Origin: Flavobacteriales bacterium
GTDB lineage: Bacteria; Bacteroidota; Bacteroidia; Flavobacteriales; BACL11
Assembly (NCBI GenBank): GCA_028122735.1
Contig: JAOHSR010000001.1
Location: forward strand, 15,711-79,710
Length of the DNA stretch: 64,000 bases
Direction: 5' to 3'
Positions 1-8,893 of this stretch are shown in pieces. The position numbers and the translations under genes are program-made. The first letter of the stretch is position 1. Every line of letters begins with the position of its first letter. The notes below the pieces were generated by a model. The model did not search any database and was not told the origin of the DNA. It was given only the letters and a program-made list of their open reading frames with translations.

Positions 1-1194
1 TAAAGCAATTGATCTTATAATATCCTTAATTATAGCTACTCTTTTTATTGGATCTTTTTCACTTTCGGCATTTAGAATATTTGTTTTATATGTAATGAAA
101 TCAATTGCTTCTGTATCAAGAAAATGACTCAACTCTTCTTCTGAACTTTTTTGTGCAAATGAGTCAGGATCTTCATTATCAGGGAATGGTACAACCTTTA
201 CATTCATCCCTTCTTTTAAAATCATATCTACCCCTCTAAAAGAAGCTTTTATTCCAGCATTATCACCATCAAAAAGAATGGTTATGTTTTTGGTAAATCT
301 ATTAATAAGCTTTATTTGTTCAATTGTTAGGGATGTACCAGATGCTGAAACAACATTTTCAATACCTTTCTGATGTAAAGAAATTACATCAGTATATCCT
401 TCAACAAGAAAACAGTTATTTTTTTTACTGATTAAGTTCTTAGCAAAGAAAATACCATAAAGTACTTTGCTTTTATTATAAATTTGTGATTCTGGTGAGT
501 TCTGGTATTTTGCCTTTGCATTTGGGTTAAGCGCTCTACCGCCAAAACCTAAAATTCTACCAGAGAAACTATGTATTGGAAACATTACTCTTTCTCTAAA
601 TCTGTCAACAATCCCAGTATTTTCAATTTTAAAACCTAATCCAGATTTTAAAATATAATCTTCAGAATATAATTTGTTTAAAGCAGTATTAGTAAAGGAA
701 TCTTTTTGCTTAGGGCTGTATCCAAGCCCAAACTTCTTTATGATTTCCTCATTATAACCTCGTTCTTTAAAATAATTTAAACCAATTGTTTTTCCTTCAT
801 TGGTTTGCCATAGTTTTTCAATAAAAAAATCATTAGCAAAGTTTGAGAGAATATACAAGCTATCTTTTTCATTAGCAGCTTTGGCTTGCTCAATAGTCAT
901 TTCTTCTTCAACTATTTCAATATTATATTTTTTAGCTAGATATTTTAGTGCTTCAGGATACGTATAGTGTTCTTTATCCATTAAAAAGCTGACACTATTT
1001 CCCCCTTCTCCGCAGCCAAAACATTTATATATTCCTTTTGTTGGAGAGACGGTAAATGATGGAGTTTTTTCATTGTGAAAAGGACATAGCCCAAGAAGAT
1101 TAACACCGCGTTTCTTTAGAGTAATAAAATCAGAAATAACTTCTTCAATTTTTACGGTTTCAAAAATTTCATCAATTGTATTTTTAGGTATCAT
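1..1194 (-). CDS. dnaG: DNA primase DnaG, first ~398 codons (3' end of gene lies beyond the left window edge)
   Basis: Absent from the ORF track because it runs off the edge. My translation from ATG 1194..1192 reads MIPKNTIDEIFETVKIEEVISDFITLKKRGVNLLGLCPFHNEKTPSFTVSPTKGIYKCFGCGEGGNSVSFLM, the CHC2 primase zinc finger. TOPRIM-type segments follow: NNCFLVEGYTDVISLHQKG and ILFDGDNAGIKAS. The frame stays open to position 1. The ATG overlaps the upstream gene's stop (ATGA at 1191..1194). Confidence 0.9.
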   Translation of the reverse strand, partial: MIPKNTIDEIFETVKIEEVISDFITLKKRGVNLLGLCPFHNEKTPSFTVSPTKGIYKCFGCGEGGNSVSFLMDKEHYTYPEALKYLAKKYNIEIVEEEMTIEQAKAANEKDSLYILSNFANDFFIEKLWQTNEGKTIGLNYFKERGYNEEIIKKFGLGYSPKQKDSFTNTALNKLYSEDYILKSGLGFKIENTGIVDRFRERVMFPIHSFSGRILGFGGRALNPNAKAKYQNSPESQIYNKSKVLYGIFFAKNLISKKNNCFLVEGYTDVISLHQKGIENVVSASGTSLTIEQIKLINRFTKNITILFDGDNAGIKASFRGVDMILKEGMNVKVVPFPDNEDPDSFAQKSSEEELSHFLDTEAIDFITYKTNILNAESEKDPIKRVAIIKDIIRSIAL

Positions 1195-2165
1195 TTCTCT
1201 CTTTTGACAACGTATTCAACCAGATTTATTAAAGAAGATTTTGATTCATTATTTTCAAACTCTTTCAGAATTTTTAAGGCTTCGTTAACAAACAACTCCA
1301 TCTTGTTTTTTGCGTATTCTAAACCTTTTTTTTCTTTGACAATATTAATGATTTGTTCAATCTTTTTTGAGTTTTTACTATCGTTCTTAATAGTGTTTAT
1401 AATAAATGCTCTTGTTTTTTTATCGGAATTATTCAATGTATATATTAAAGGTAGAGTCATTTTTTTCTCTCTTATATCTATGCCTGTTGGCTTCCCAATT
1501 AAAGGGTTTTGGGTGTAATCAAAAAGATCATCTTTGATTTGAAAAGCAATACCTGCTTTTTCACCAAAACTTCTCATTTTCAAAATATCATTTTTATGTG
1601 CATTTGTTGATGCTGCTCCCGCCTCACAACATGCTGAGATTAAAGCAGCAGTCTTTTTTTTAATAATTTCAAAATAAACTTCTTCTGTGATATCTAATCT
1701 TCTAGTTTTCTCAATTTGTAATAATTCTCCTTCACTCATCTCTTTGACAGCTGTACTCATTATTTTTAAAAGTTGATATTGTTCATTTTCAACGGCTAAC
1801 AATAACCCACGTGATAAAAGAAAATCTCCAACTAAAACAGAAATTTTGTTTTTCCAAAGTGCATTTATTGAAAAAACACCTCTTCTGAAGTTTGCCTCAT
1901 CAATAATATCGTCGTGTACTAAAGTTGCAGTATGTAGTAATTCTATTAGACTAGCTGCAGTATACGTACTTTCATTAACATTATTAAATAGCTTAGCTGT
2001 AAGGAATACAAATAGTGGCCTCATTTGCTTGCCTTTTCTTTTAATAATATAGTGCATGATCTTATCTAATAATGGAACACTCGTTTTTAGCGAGTTCTTA
2101 AACTTGCTTTCAAAAAGCGCCATTTCTTTAGAAACGGGTTGTTTGATGTCTTTAATTTTTAACAA
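1191..2165 (-). CDS. ispB: trans-polyprenyl diphosphate synthase (IspB/octaprenyl-type)
   Basis: 324 aa. Both Asp-rich motifs of trans-prenyltransferases are present (LVHDDIIDE and FQIKDDLFDY). Length is typical of long-chain polyprenyl synthases. Confidence 0.85.
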   Translation of the reverse strand: MLKIKDIKQPVSKEMALFESKFKNSLKTSVPLLDKIMHYIIKRKGKQMRPLFVFLTAKLFNNVNESTYTAASLIELLHTATLVHDDIIDEANFRRGVFSINALWKNKISVLVGDFLLSRGLLLAVENEQYQLLKIMSTAVKEMSEGELLQIEKTRRLDITEEVYFEIIKKKTAALISACCEAGAASTNAHKNDILKMRSFGEKAGIAFQIKDDLFDYTQNPLIGKPTGIDIREKKMTLPLIYTLNNSDKKTRAFIINTIKNDSKNSKKIEQIINIVKEKKGLEYAKNKMELFVNEALKILKEFENNESKSSLINLVEYVVKREK

Positions 2166-2229
2166 AATTTATAATAAAATTATTAAGCTAATATACAAAC
2201 TTTATCATCTAGTGAAGATGCGGTTTTCC

Positions 2230-3270
2230 TTATTTTAGTTTGTTAACAAGCTGGCCACACGCAGCATTAATGTCCTTGCCTTTACTTCTTCTTAAGTTTA
2301 CAATAACATTTTTTTCGTTTAGAAAGTTTATGAATTTTTCAGTCTTATTATTAGATGCTTTTTGAAATGGAATATTATCTACACTATTATATTCAATAAG
2401 ATTCACTTTACATGGCGTTGATTTACAAAACTTAACCAGTTCATGCGCATCATCCAAGCTGTCGTTTATGTCTTTAAATAAGATATATTCATAAGTAATT
2501 CTTGTTCCTGTTTTTTCAAAAAAGTATTTAATAGACTCTTTTAATTCTTCTAAATTTATTGATTTATTTATTGGCATTATTTCCTCTCTCTTTTTATCAT
2601 CACTTGTATGTAAACTAATTGCAAGATTAAACCTAACATCATCATCTGCAAGTTTTTTAATCATTTTTGCAATTCCAGCAGTTGAAACAGTTATTCTCTT
2701 AGGCGACATTGAAAGGCCGGTTTTACTTGAAACAAGATCAATACTTTTTAGTAAATTTTCATAATTTAATAAAGGCTCGCCCATACCCATATATACAATA
2801 TTTGAAAGAGGTTTTCCAAAGTTTAGCAAAGCTTCTTCATTTAGAATAAAGATTTGATCATAAATTTCTGCGTAATTTAAATTTCTTTCGAGCTTTAGGG
2901 TTCCTGTTGCACAAAAGGTGCAAGACAAACTACAGCCTACTTGAGAGGAGATACATGCGGTTAATCGTTTTTTAGAAGGTATTAATACGCCTTCTACTAA
3001 TTTATTATCATATAACTTTAAGCTGTATTTTATTGTACCATCATTGCTTCTTTCAGCTTTATGAATTTTTACAGCATTTAAACTGAAGTTTTGTTCTAAT
3101 AACTCTCTTAACGGTAATGATAAGGATGTCATTTCATTAAAATTTATTGCTCTTTTTTTCCATAACCATTCGTGTATTTGTTTTGCTCGATATGAAGGTA
3201 TATTTTGATTTTTAAGGAAATCAATTAATTCTTCCAGCTTAAGTTCACGTATGTTTTTCTTGGGAATCAT
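2230..3270 (-). CDS. rlmN: radical SAM 23S rRNA/tRNA adenine-C2 methyltransferase RlmN
   Basis: 346 aa. Contains the CxxxCxxC cluster CSLSCTFCATG, GMGEPLLN, and a C-terminal INAACGQL with the second catalytic Cys. Confidence 0.9.
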   Translation of the reverse strand: MIPKKNIRELKLEELIDFLKNQNIPSYRAKQIHEWLWKKRAINFNEMTSLSLPLRELLEQNFSLNAVKIHKAERSNDGTIKYSLKLYDNKLVEGVLIPSKKRLTACISSQVGCSLSCTFCATGTLKLERNLNYAEIYDQIFILNEEALLNFGKPLSNIVYMGMGEPLLNYENLLKSIDLVSSKTGLSMSPKRITVSTAGIAKMIKKLADDDVRFNLAISLHTSDDKKREEIMPINKSINLEELKESIKYFFEKTGTRITYEYILFKDINDSLDDAHELVKFCKSTPCKVNLIEYNSVDNIPFQKASNNKTEKFINFLNEKNVIVNLRRSKGKDINAACGQLVNKLK

Positions 3271-3277
3271 CTATTTA

Positions 3278-3285
3278 CAAAGATA
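3278..3285 (-). promoter_or_regulatory. candidate Bacteroidetes -7 box (TATCTTTG on minus strand) for rlmN
   Basis: The plus strand reads CAAAGATA, the reverse complement of TAnnTTTG. It lies 7 nt upstream of the rlmN ATG (3270). Confidence 0.4.
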
Positions 3286-3289
3286 TACT

Positions 3290-3297
3290 TACTTTTG
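3290..3297 (+). promoter_or_regulatory. candidate Bacteroidetes -7 box (TACTTTTG) for the amidohydrolase gene
   Basis: Exact TAnnTTTG match 4 nt upstream of ATG 3302. This implies a leaderless or near-leaderless transcript. Confidence 0.35.
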
Positions 3298-3301
3298 ATG
3301 A

Positions 3302-4429
3302 ATGAGATTTATATCGGCGGATTATTTATATACTCTAGATTCTAAACCTATAAATAATGGGGTTTTGCAGATAAATAATTTTGGGGAAATAACAAATATA
3401 TTTAAAAATAAAGCAGAAATACCTCACCAAAATATTGAGTTTTTCAATGGAATATTATGTCCTGGCTTTATAAATACTCATTGCCATCTTGAACTCTCTC
3501 ACTTACACAATACTTCTAATATGGTAAATGGGTTTTCAGAATTTTTAGAAATAGTTAAAAAAAGAGATAAGTATTCTAAAGCTTTTATTGCTCGGGCTAT
3601 CAAAAGTGCTGAAGATCAAATGATAAAAAATGGGATTGTCGCTGTTGGTGATATTTGTAATACTACAGACTCTCTAGAAATAAAGAAAAACAAAAAATTA
3701 TATTATTATAATTTTATAGAATCATTTGAAGTAAGCAGTAAAAAGTCTAGCGATGCAATTGCAAAAGCATTATTGATTAGAGACGCCTTTAGAAATAATA
3801 ATTTAAAGGCTACAATAACTCCACACTCTCCATATAGTGTAACTCCAGATTTAATGAAATTAATTGCTAATGTTTCTGATGAGTTTGACTATACTTTTAG
3901 TATGCATAATCAAGAAACAGAAGAAGAGAATATTTTATTCAAAAAGAAAAAAGGAAAATTTCATAATTGGTTAAAATCTCTAAATGCATCTGCTGAAATC
4001 TGGACTAAAAGATCCTCGAGCTCTACTGTTTTAGATGAACTACGGCCTAAACGAATTATTCTTGTTCACAACACATATTCTTCTTCAGCAGATTTGAAAG
4101 ATAAATATTATTGTACTTGCCCATGCGCAAATTTATTTATAGAAAATAAATTACCCAATTATTCGATTTTTAATAGTGATAATTTATGTGTGGGTACCGA
4201 TAGTTTGGCATCTAATAATCAACTTTCAATAATAAAAGAATTAGCATTAATTGAAAAGAATTCAAACTTTTCTTTAGAAGAATTATTGAAAATAGGTTGT
4301 AGAAATGGAGCGAATGCATTAGGTTTTAATAAGTATGGAACTCTTGAAATTGGAAAGACTCCTGGAGTTAATTTAATTACTGGGTCTGAATTTGGCTTAG
4401 CTAATTCAAAAGTTAAAAGAATAGCCTAA
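3302..4429 (+). CDS. amidohydrolase-superfamily metallo-hydrolase (chlorohydrolase/nucleoside-deaminase-like; substrate unknown)
   Basis: 375 aa. Shows the HxH metal site PGFINTHCHLELSH, then SMHNQE and a late VGTDSLASN Asp region typical of the amidohydrolase TIM barrel. This is a family-level call only. Confidence 0.6.
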   Translation: MRFISADYLYTLDSKPINNGVLQINNFGEITNIFKNKAEIPHQNIEFFNGILCPGFINTHCHLELSHLHNTSNMVNGFSEFLEIVKKRDKYSKAFIARAIKSAEDQMIKNGIVAVGDICNTTDSLEIKKNKKLYYYNFIESFEVSSKKSSDAIAKALLIRDAFRNNNLKATITPHSPYSVTPDLMKLIANVSDEFDYTFSMHNQETEEENILFKKKKGKFHNWLKSLNASAEIWTKRSSSSTVLDELRPKRIILVHNTYSSSADLKDKYYCTCPCANLFIENKLPNYSIFNSDNLCVGTDSLASNNQLSIIKELALIEKNSNFSLEELLKIGCRNGANALGFNKYGTLEIGKTPGVNLITGSEFGLANSKVKRIA

Positions 4430-4430
4430 A

Positions 4431-5087
4431 TTACTTTTTTATTAAAACTTGTGCTAACTCTAAATCTAAAGGGGTAGTGATTTTTATATTATTATAGTTT
4501 CCAATTACGTTCTTTATTTTCCTATTCTTAGACTCAAATACTGAGGCGTCATCAGTAAAAGACGAATTATAATCTATATTATAAGAATTGAAGATTTCAT
4601 TAAATATAAAGCATTGTGGAGTCTGAACATGATAAATAGTATCTCTGTTTACTACCCTCGAACTATCACCTTCTATTATCCGTATTGAGTCTGTAGCATG
4701 AATAACAGGGATAATACCAAAACCACTAGATACTTTATTTGTTAGGGTTGTTATTAATTCTTTTTTAACAAAAGGTCTTGCCCCGTCATGTATAAGAACA
4801 ATATCCGCAGAATTGATAGCATTTAACCCGTTTTTTACAGAACAAAATCTATTGTCTCCACCTTCAACTAAAACATGCTCTAAATCAAAATTATATTTTT
4901 CACACAGCTCTTTCCAGTCATTAAAATATTTTTTGGGTAATACTAAATAAATTCTGTCTAAGTGAGAAAATTTATTTAAGGTGTGCATTAAAATAGGTTT
5001 GTCCCCTAAAATTAAAAATTGTTTAGGCGTATGACTATTTAACCTTTTACCAACACCTCCAGCAACAATTAATGCATATTTTCTCAT
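4431..5087 (-). CDS. ispD: 2-C-methyl-D-erythritol 4-phosphate cytidylyltransferase
   Basis: 218 aa. Has the N-terminal nucleotide-binding loop ALIVAGGVGKRL. Length and architecture fit IspD. Confidence 0.85.
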   Translation of the reverse strand: MRKYALIVAGGVGKRLNSHTPKQFLILGDKPILMHTLNKFSHLDRIYLVLPKKYFNDWKELCEKYNFDLEHVLVEGGDNRFCSVKNGLNAINSADIVLIHDGARPFVKKELITTLTNKVSSGFGIIPVIHATDSIRIIEGDSSRVVNRDTIYHVQTPQCFIFNEIFNSYNIDYNSSFTDDASVFESKNRKIKNVIGNYNNIKITTPLDLELAQVLIKK

Positions 5088-5089
5088 TA

Positions 5090-6145
5090 TTAAATGATTA
5101 ACATAGCATCACCAAAGGTGTGAAACTTATATTTTTTCTTAACAGCCTCCTTATAGGCTTTCATGAGTAAGTCATATCCAGAAAAAGCAGAAACTTGCAT
5201 CATTAAAGATGATTTTGGTAGATGAAAATTTGTTAGCATACAAGATCCAATTTTAAAATCATATGGTGGGAAAATAAAAATATTTGTCCACCCATCGTAT
5301 GGGATGACCATATTTTTTGTTGAAACAGTTGTTTCAAGACTTCTCATCACAGTAGTACCAACTGCACAGACTTTTTTTCTTCGAACAAGAGCATTATTTA
5401 TTATTGTTGATGCAGTTGAATTGATCATCATCTGCTCAGATTCCATTTTGTGTTTTGATAGATCTTCAACCATAATTGGGCTAAAAGTTCCAAGGCCAAC
5501 GTGAAGAGTTGTTTCCGCAAATTCAATTCCTTTAATTTGCATTTTTAACATTTGAGTCTTACTAAGATGTAGACCAGCAGTTGGTGCTGCTACTGCACCT
5601 TCATTTTTAGCAAATACTGTTTGATATCTTTCAGTGTCATTTGGTGTTGGTTCTCTTTTTATGAATCTCGGTAGAGGAGTTTGGCCTAATGAATTTAGGG
5701 TTTCTTTGAACTCTTCGTGAGTTCCGTCATACAAAAATCTTAAGGTTCTACCTCTTGAAGTGGTATTATCAATAACTTCTGCAATTAGTTCATCATTTTC
5801 GCCAAAAAAAAGTTTGTTTCCAATTCTAATCTTTCTTGCAGGATCAACTAGTACATCCCAAAGCCTATTTTTTTTATTTAATTCTCTTAATAAAAAGACT
5901 TCAATCCTGGCTCCTGTTTTTTCTTTATTTGCATAAAGTCTAGCGGGAAATACCTTAGTGTTATTTATACAGACTACATCTCCATCATCAAAATACTGAA
6001 TAAGATCTGAAACTTTTTTGTGTTCAATTTCTCCAGAATCTCTATGTAAAACCATTAGCTTTGCATCATCTCTATTTTTAGCTGGAGTATCTGTGATCAA
6101 CTTTTCAGGTAGATCAAAATTAAACATTGATAATTTATATTTCAT
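5090..6145 (-). CDS. queA: S-adenosylmethionine:tRNA ribosyltransferase-isomerase
   Basis: QueA-like throughout ([26 protein letters not shown]). The ORF track starts at TTG 6169. I prefer ATG 6145 ([17 protein letters not shown]) because a -7 box lies on top of the TTG at 6167..6174. Confidence 0.85.
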   Translation of the reverse strand: MKYKLSMFNFDLPEKLITDTPAKNRDDAKLMVLHRDSGEIEHKKVSDLIQYFDDGDVVCINNTKVFPARLYANKEKTGARIEVFLLRELNKKNRLWDVLVDPARKIRIGNKLFFGENDELIAEVIDNTTSRGRTLRFLYDGTHEEFKETLNSLGQTPLPRFIKREPTPNDTERYQTVFAKNEGAVAAPTAGLHLSKTQMLKMQIKGIEFAETTLHVGLGTFSPIMVEDLSKHKMESEQMMINSTASTIINNALVRRKKVCAVGTTVMRSLETTVSTKNMVIPYDGWTNIFIFPPYDFKIGSCMLTNFHLPKSSLMMQVSAFSGYDLLMKAYKEAVKKKYKFHTFGDAMLII

Positions 6146-6166
6146 AGAATTAAATTTTAAGGTCTG

Positions 6167-6174
6167 CAAATATA
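6167..6174 (-). promoter_or_regulatory. candidate -7 box (TATATTTG on minus strand) for queA
   Basis: The plus strand reads CAAATATA. It lies 21 nt upstream of ATG 6145. Confidence 0.45.
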
Positions 6175-6203
6175 ATGTATTGGCGTCCCCTTGTCAATAG
6201 GTT

Positions 6204-6908
6204 TTATAGATTAAGTTTTTTTTTAAATTCATCAATAGTTAAAGCTCTAGCTAAATCATGATCTCCAATCTGATTTCTAGTTAACTGCGATAGGTGTGCG
6301 CCATTTTTTAGATATTTCCCAAAATCATCCGCAATTGAACGAATATAAGTGCCCTTGCTACATTCTATTTGAAATTTAAAATGAGGTAAGTCAATGTCTT
6401 TAATCTCAAATGAAAAAATAGTAGTTTCTCTGCTTTTAATTTCAATTGACTCTCCTCTTCTTGCTTTTTCATATAATCTTTCCCCCTTTACTTTTATTGC
6501 GGAATAGATAGGAGGTTTCTGTTGAATTACTCCAATAAATTTATTTGCTGTTTCTAGAATATTTTTTTTTGAAATATTTGAAATATCAAAAACTTTATCA
6601 GTTGAGGTTTCAAGATCATAAGAAGGTGTTGTAGAACCTAAAGTAATTTGTCCCGTGTAAACTTTTTTTTGACTTTGAATCTCAGAGATTTTTTTTGTGA
6701 ATTTACCAGTACAAATAATTAATAAACCACTAGCCAATGGGTCAAGAGTTCCCGCATGTCCTACTTTAATTTTTTTTATTTGATATGTTTGACGAATTAG
6801 ATTCTTGACTTTTTTTACAACATCAAAAGATGTCCAACCAATTTCTTTACGAAACAATAATATTTTCCCATCTTCAAAATCTTGTTTTGAAAAAGTATTT
6901 ACTTTCAT
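6204..6908 (-). CDS. truB: tRNA pseudouridine(55) synthase
   Basis: 234 aa. Contains the catalytic-Asp motif GHAGTLDPLASGLL. Confidence 0.9.
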   Translation of the reverse strand: MKVNTFSKQDFEDGKILLFRKEIGWTSFDVVKKVKNLIRQTYQIKKIKVGHAGTLDPLASGLLIICTGKFTKKISEIQSQKKVYTGQITLGSTTPSYDLETSTDKVFDISNISKKNILETANKFIGVIQQKPPIYSAIKVKGERLYEKARRGESIEIKSRETTIFSFEIKDIDLPHFKFQIECSKGTYIRSIADDFGKYLKNGAHLSQLTRNQIGDHDLARALTIDEFKKKLNL

Positions 6909-6915
6909 TTATTTA

Positions 6916-7704
6916 TTAAAGACTAAAAATTATTGAAATTGTCCCAATTATGAAACAGTAAAATGAAAAGTATTTAAGCTGACTGTTTTTAACTAACTTA
7001 ATCATCCATTTACAGGCTAAAATTCCAGTAAAAAATGCGCAAATAAACCCAATTACTAAAGGTAAAAATGATTGGCTGTAACTTAATGTTTCAACAGAAA
7101 TAAGGTCTTTTAAAACTTTGCCAAAAATTAGAGGAACAACCATTAGGAAAGAAAATTTTGCAGAATTTTCTTTGTCAATTCCTAATAAAACAGCCGTTGA
7201 AATTGTTGCTCCCGATCTTGATATTCCAGGAACAATGGCTATTGCTTGAGATAACCCAATTATAACTGCAGATTTAATATTAATGCGTTTGTCTGTTGGT
7301 CTTGCTTTATCAGCTAATAATAATAGTAAGCCTGTTATTATTAGCATTCCACCAACACTGACTAAATTTCCTGTAAATAGACTTTCCACTTCAGATTCAA
7401 GAAAGAAACCAACAAAAGCAGCGGGTATCATTGAAATTACAATTTTTAAAGAAAACCAAAAACTTTCATTTTTTTTAAAGCCAATTAAGTCTAATATTAT
7501 TTGTTTAATCTCATTTTTAAATATTACAATAGTACTGCATGCAGTTGCAAAGTGTAAAATCACTGTCATCAACAAGCTTTCATTTGCTAGTTTTTCCTCT
7601 CCAAGTATAACCTTGAAGATTTCCAGATGTCCACTACTACTCACAGGAAGAAACTCGGTTAAACCCTGAATAATTCCAAGGATTATAGCGTTAACTATAT
7701 CCAC
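6916..7704 (-). CDS. uppP: undecaprenyl-diphosphate phosphatase
   Basis: 262-aa polytopic membrane protein. Carries the BacA/UppP motifs SSSGHL and PGISRSGATI. Confidence 0.9.
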   Translation of the reverse strand: MDIVNAIILGIIQGLTEFLPVSSSGHLEIFKVILGEEKLANESLLMTVILHFATACSTIVIFKNEIKQIILDLIGFKKNESFWFSLKIVISMIPAAFVGFFLESEVESLFTGNLVSVGGMLIITGLLLLLADKARPTDKRINIKSAVIIGLSQAIAIVPGISRSGATISTAVLLGIDKENSAKFSFLMVVPLIFGKVLKDLISVETLSYSQSFLPLVIGFICAFFTGILACKWMIKLVKNSQLKYFSFYCFIIGTISIIFSL

Positions 7705-7923
7705 TTATTTTTTAGACTTGGTCATAATAGCAAAAACTCCCATAACAAATCCAGAAACAATGAGAATAGGGGCTAGAGTTAATCTTTGAAAGTTAAAAAT
7801 TTCTTCAGAAAATTTTGTAGGATCTTCAGAGCCTCCACCAATCATTAGAGTAATTCCTAACAAAATTAATACTAAACCAGCAATGAGTATCATGTAGTTT
7901 TTTTTCTTAAAGACAAAATCCAT
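7705..7923 (-). CDS. small two-TM membrane protein (DUF3098-like)
   Basis: 72 aa with two hydrophobic helices. It sits between ftsX and uppP, as I recall from other Flavobacteriia. The family name is from memory, not from a search. Confidence 0.6.
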   Translation of the reverse strand: MDFVFKKKNYMILIAGLVLILLGITLMIGGGSEDPTKFSEEIFNFQRLTLAPILIVSGFVMGVFAIMTKSKK

Positions 7924-7938
7924 TTGATGTAATTTTAG

Positions 7939-8817
7939 TTAATTATATAATTCCCCTTCATTTAAATAGATAAATTTTCTTACTGCAAAAAACGTTGAGG
8001 TTCCACTTAATATTATCCCAGAACAAAATAAAACAATAAAAACTAAACCAATAATTTGTAAATCATTAATATTTAGAATACTTGCCGTTTCACTTTGGAT
8101 TAATTGTATTGAACCAATTAGCATAAATATTGCGAAAATCGCACTATATAATCCCTGATAAATACCTGAGATTAAAAAGGGTTTTTGAATAAATGAGTTT
8201 TCTGCTCCAACTAATCTCATTGTTTTGATGATAAATCTTTTTGAATAGACAGAAAGTCTTATCGTATTATTTATAAGTGCAAAAGCAATAAAAAATAAGA
8301 TTATGCTTATACAAATCAAAAAAAACGAAATTTTACCAACATTACTGTTAAGCTTTTTGATTAAATTTTTTTGATAAAAAACTTCATAAACGATATCATT
8401 TTTTTCAAGCCTTGAACTAATATTCTGTAGGCTATCATTATTTGCATATGAAGAGTTTAGCTTTACATCTATCGATGCCATAACTGGATTGTATCCTAGA
8501 AAGCTGACAAAATCTTCTCCTAAATCTTTTTCTAACTCTTTTGTAGCGTGTTCTTTTGAAAAAAATCTAGTACTCTTTGTGAAATCTTCGGCATCTAATA
8601 TTTTGTTAAATTCAATTAATTCAATTTCTTTAATATCTTCTTTTATCATAATAGAAAAACCAATATTTTCCTTTACATAATTTGATAGTTTTTGGGCATT
8701 TATCAGTACAAGAGAAAGCAGTCCAACAACAAAAAGAACTAAAGAAAGACTTATTATAACTGACACTGAAGATGAGACAATTTTTTTGTTAAATGATTTG
8801 TATTTCTTCTTTCTCAT
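7939..8817 (-). CDS. ftsX: cell-division FtsX-like permease
   Basis: 292 aa. Has an N-terminal TM, a large external loop and three C-terminal TMs. MRLVGAENSFIQKPF matches the FtsX-family segment. Confidence 0.8.
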   Translation of the reverse strand: MRKKKYKSFNKKIVSSSVSVIISLSLVLFVVGLLSLVLINAQKLSNYVKENIGFSIMIKEDIKEIELIEFNKILDAEDFTKSTRFFSKEHATKELEKDLGEDFVSFLGYNPVMASIDVKLNSSYANNDSLQNISSRLEKNDIVYEVFYQKNLIKKLNSNVGKISFFLICISIILFFIAFALINNTIRLSVYSKRFIIKTMRLVGAENSFIQKPFLISGIYQGLYSAIFAIFMLIGSIQLIQSETASILNINDLQIIGLVFIVLFCSGIILSGTSTFFAVRKFIYLNEGELYN

Positions 8818-8865
8818 AATTAATGCTAAAATATAAAAATACTATAAAGATTAGTTGGGATTAAT

Positions 8866-8873
8866 TAACTTTG
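8866..8873 (+). promoter_or_regulatory. candidate -7 box (TAACTTTG) for leuS
   Basis: Exact TAnnTTTG match 20 nt upstream of ATG 8894. It lies inside the TTG-initiated extension given in the ORF track. Confidence 0.45.
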
Positions 8874-8893
8874 TAGACTACTTAATATATTAT

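Noticed and set aside
7283-7669. A 128-aa plus-strand ORF inside uppP. Similar long antisense ORFs occur at 1204..1518, 22677..23045, 27463..27726, 28950..29252, 30844..31113, 34875..35162, 35201..35494, 36424..36675, 48947..49222, 49219..49506 and 53018..53287.
   Set aside because: All lie fully antisense to genes with strong family signatures. Their composition is low-complexity and Ser/Leu/Phe/Ile-rich, as expected from the reverse complement of AT-rich coding sequence. None shows a recognisable motif or its own promoter box. They are shadow ORFs.
8855-8893. A TTG-initiated 13-codon extension of leuS.
   Set aside because: A TAACTTTG -7 box lies inside it. LeuS homology starts at ATG 8894.
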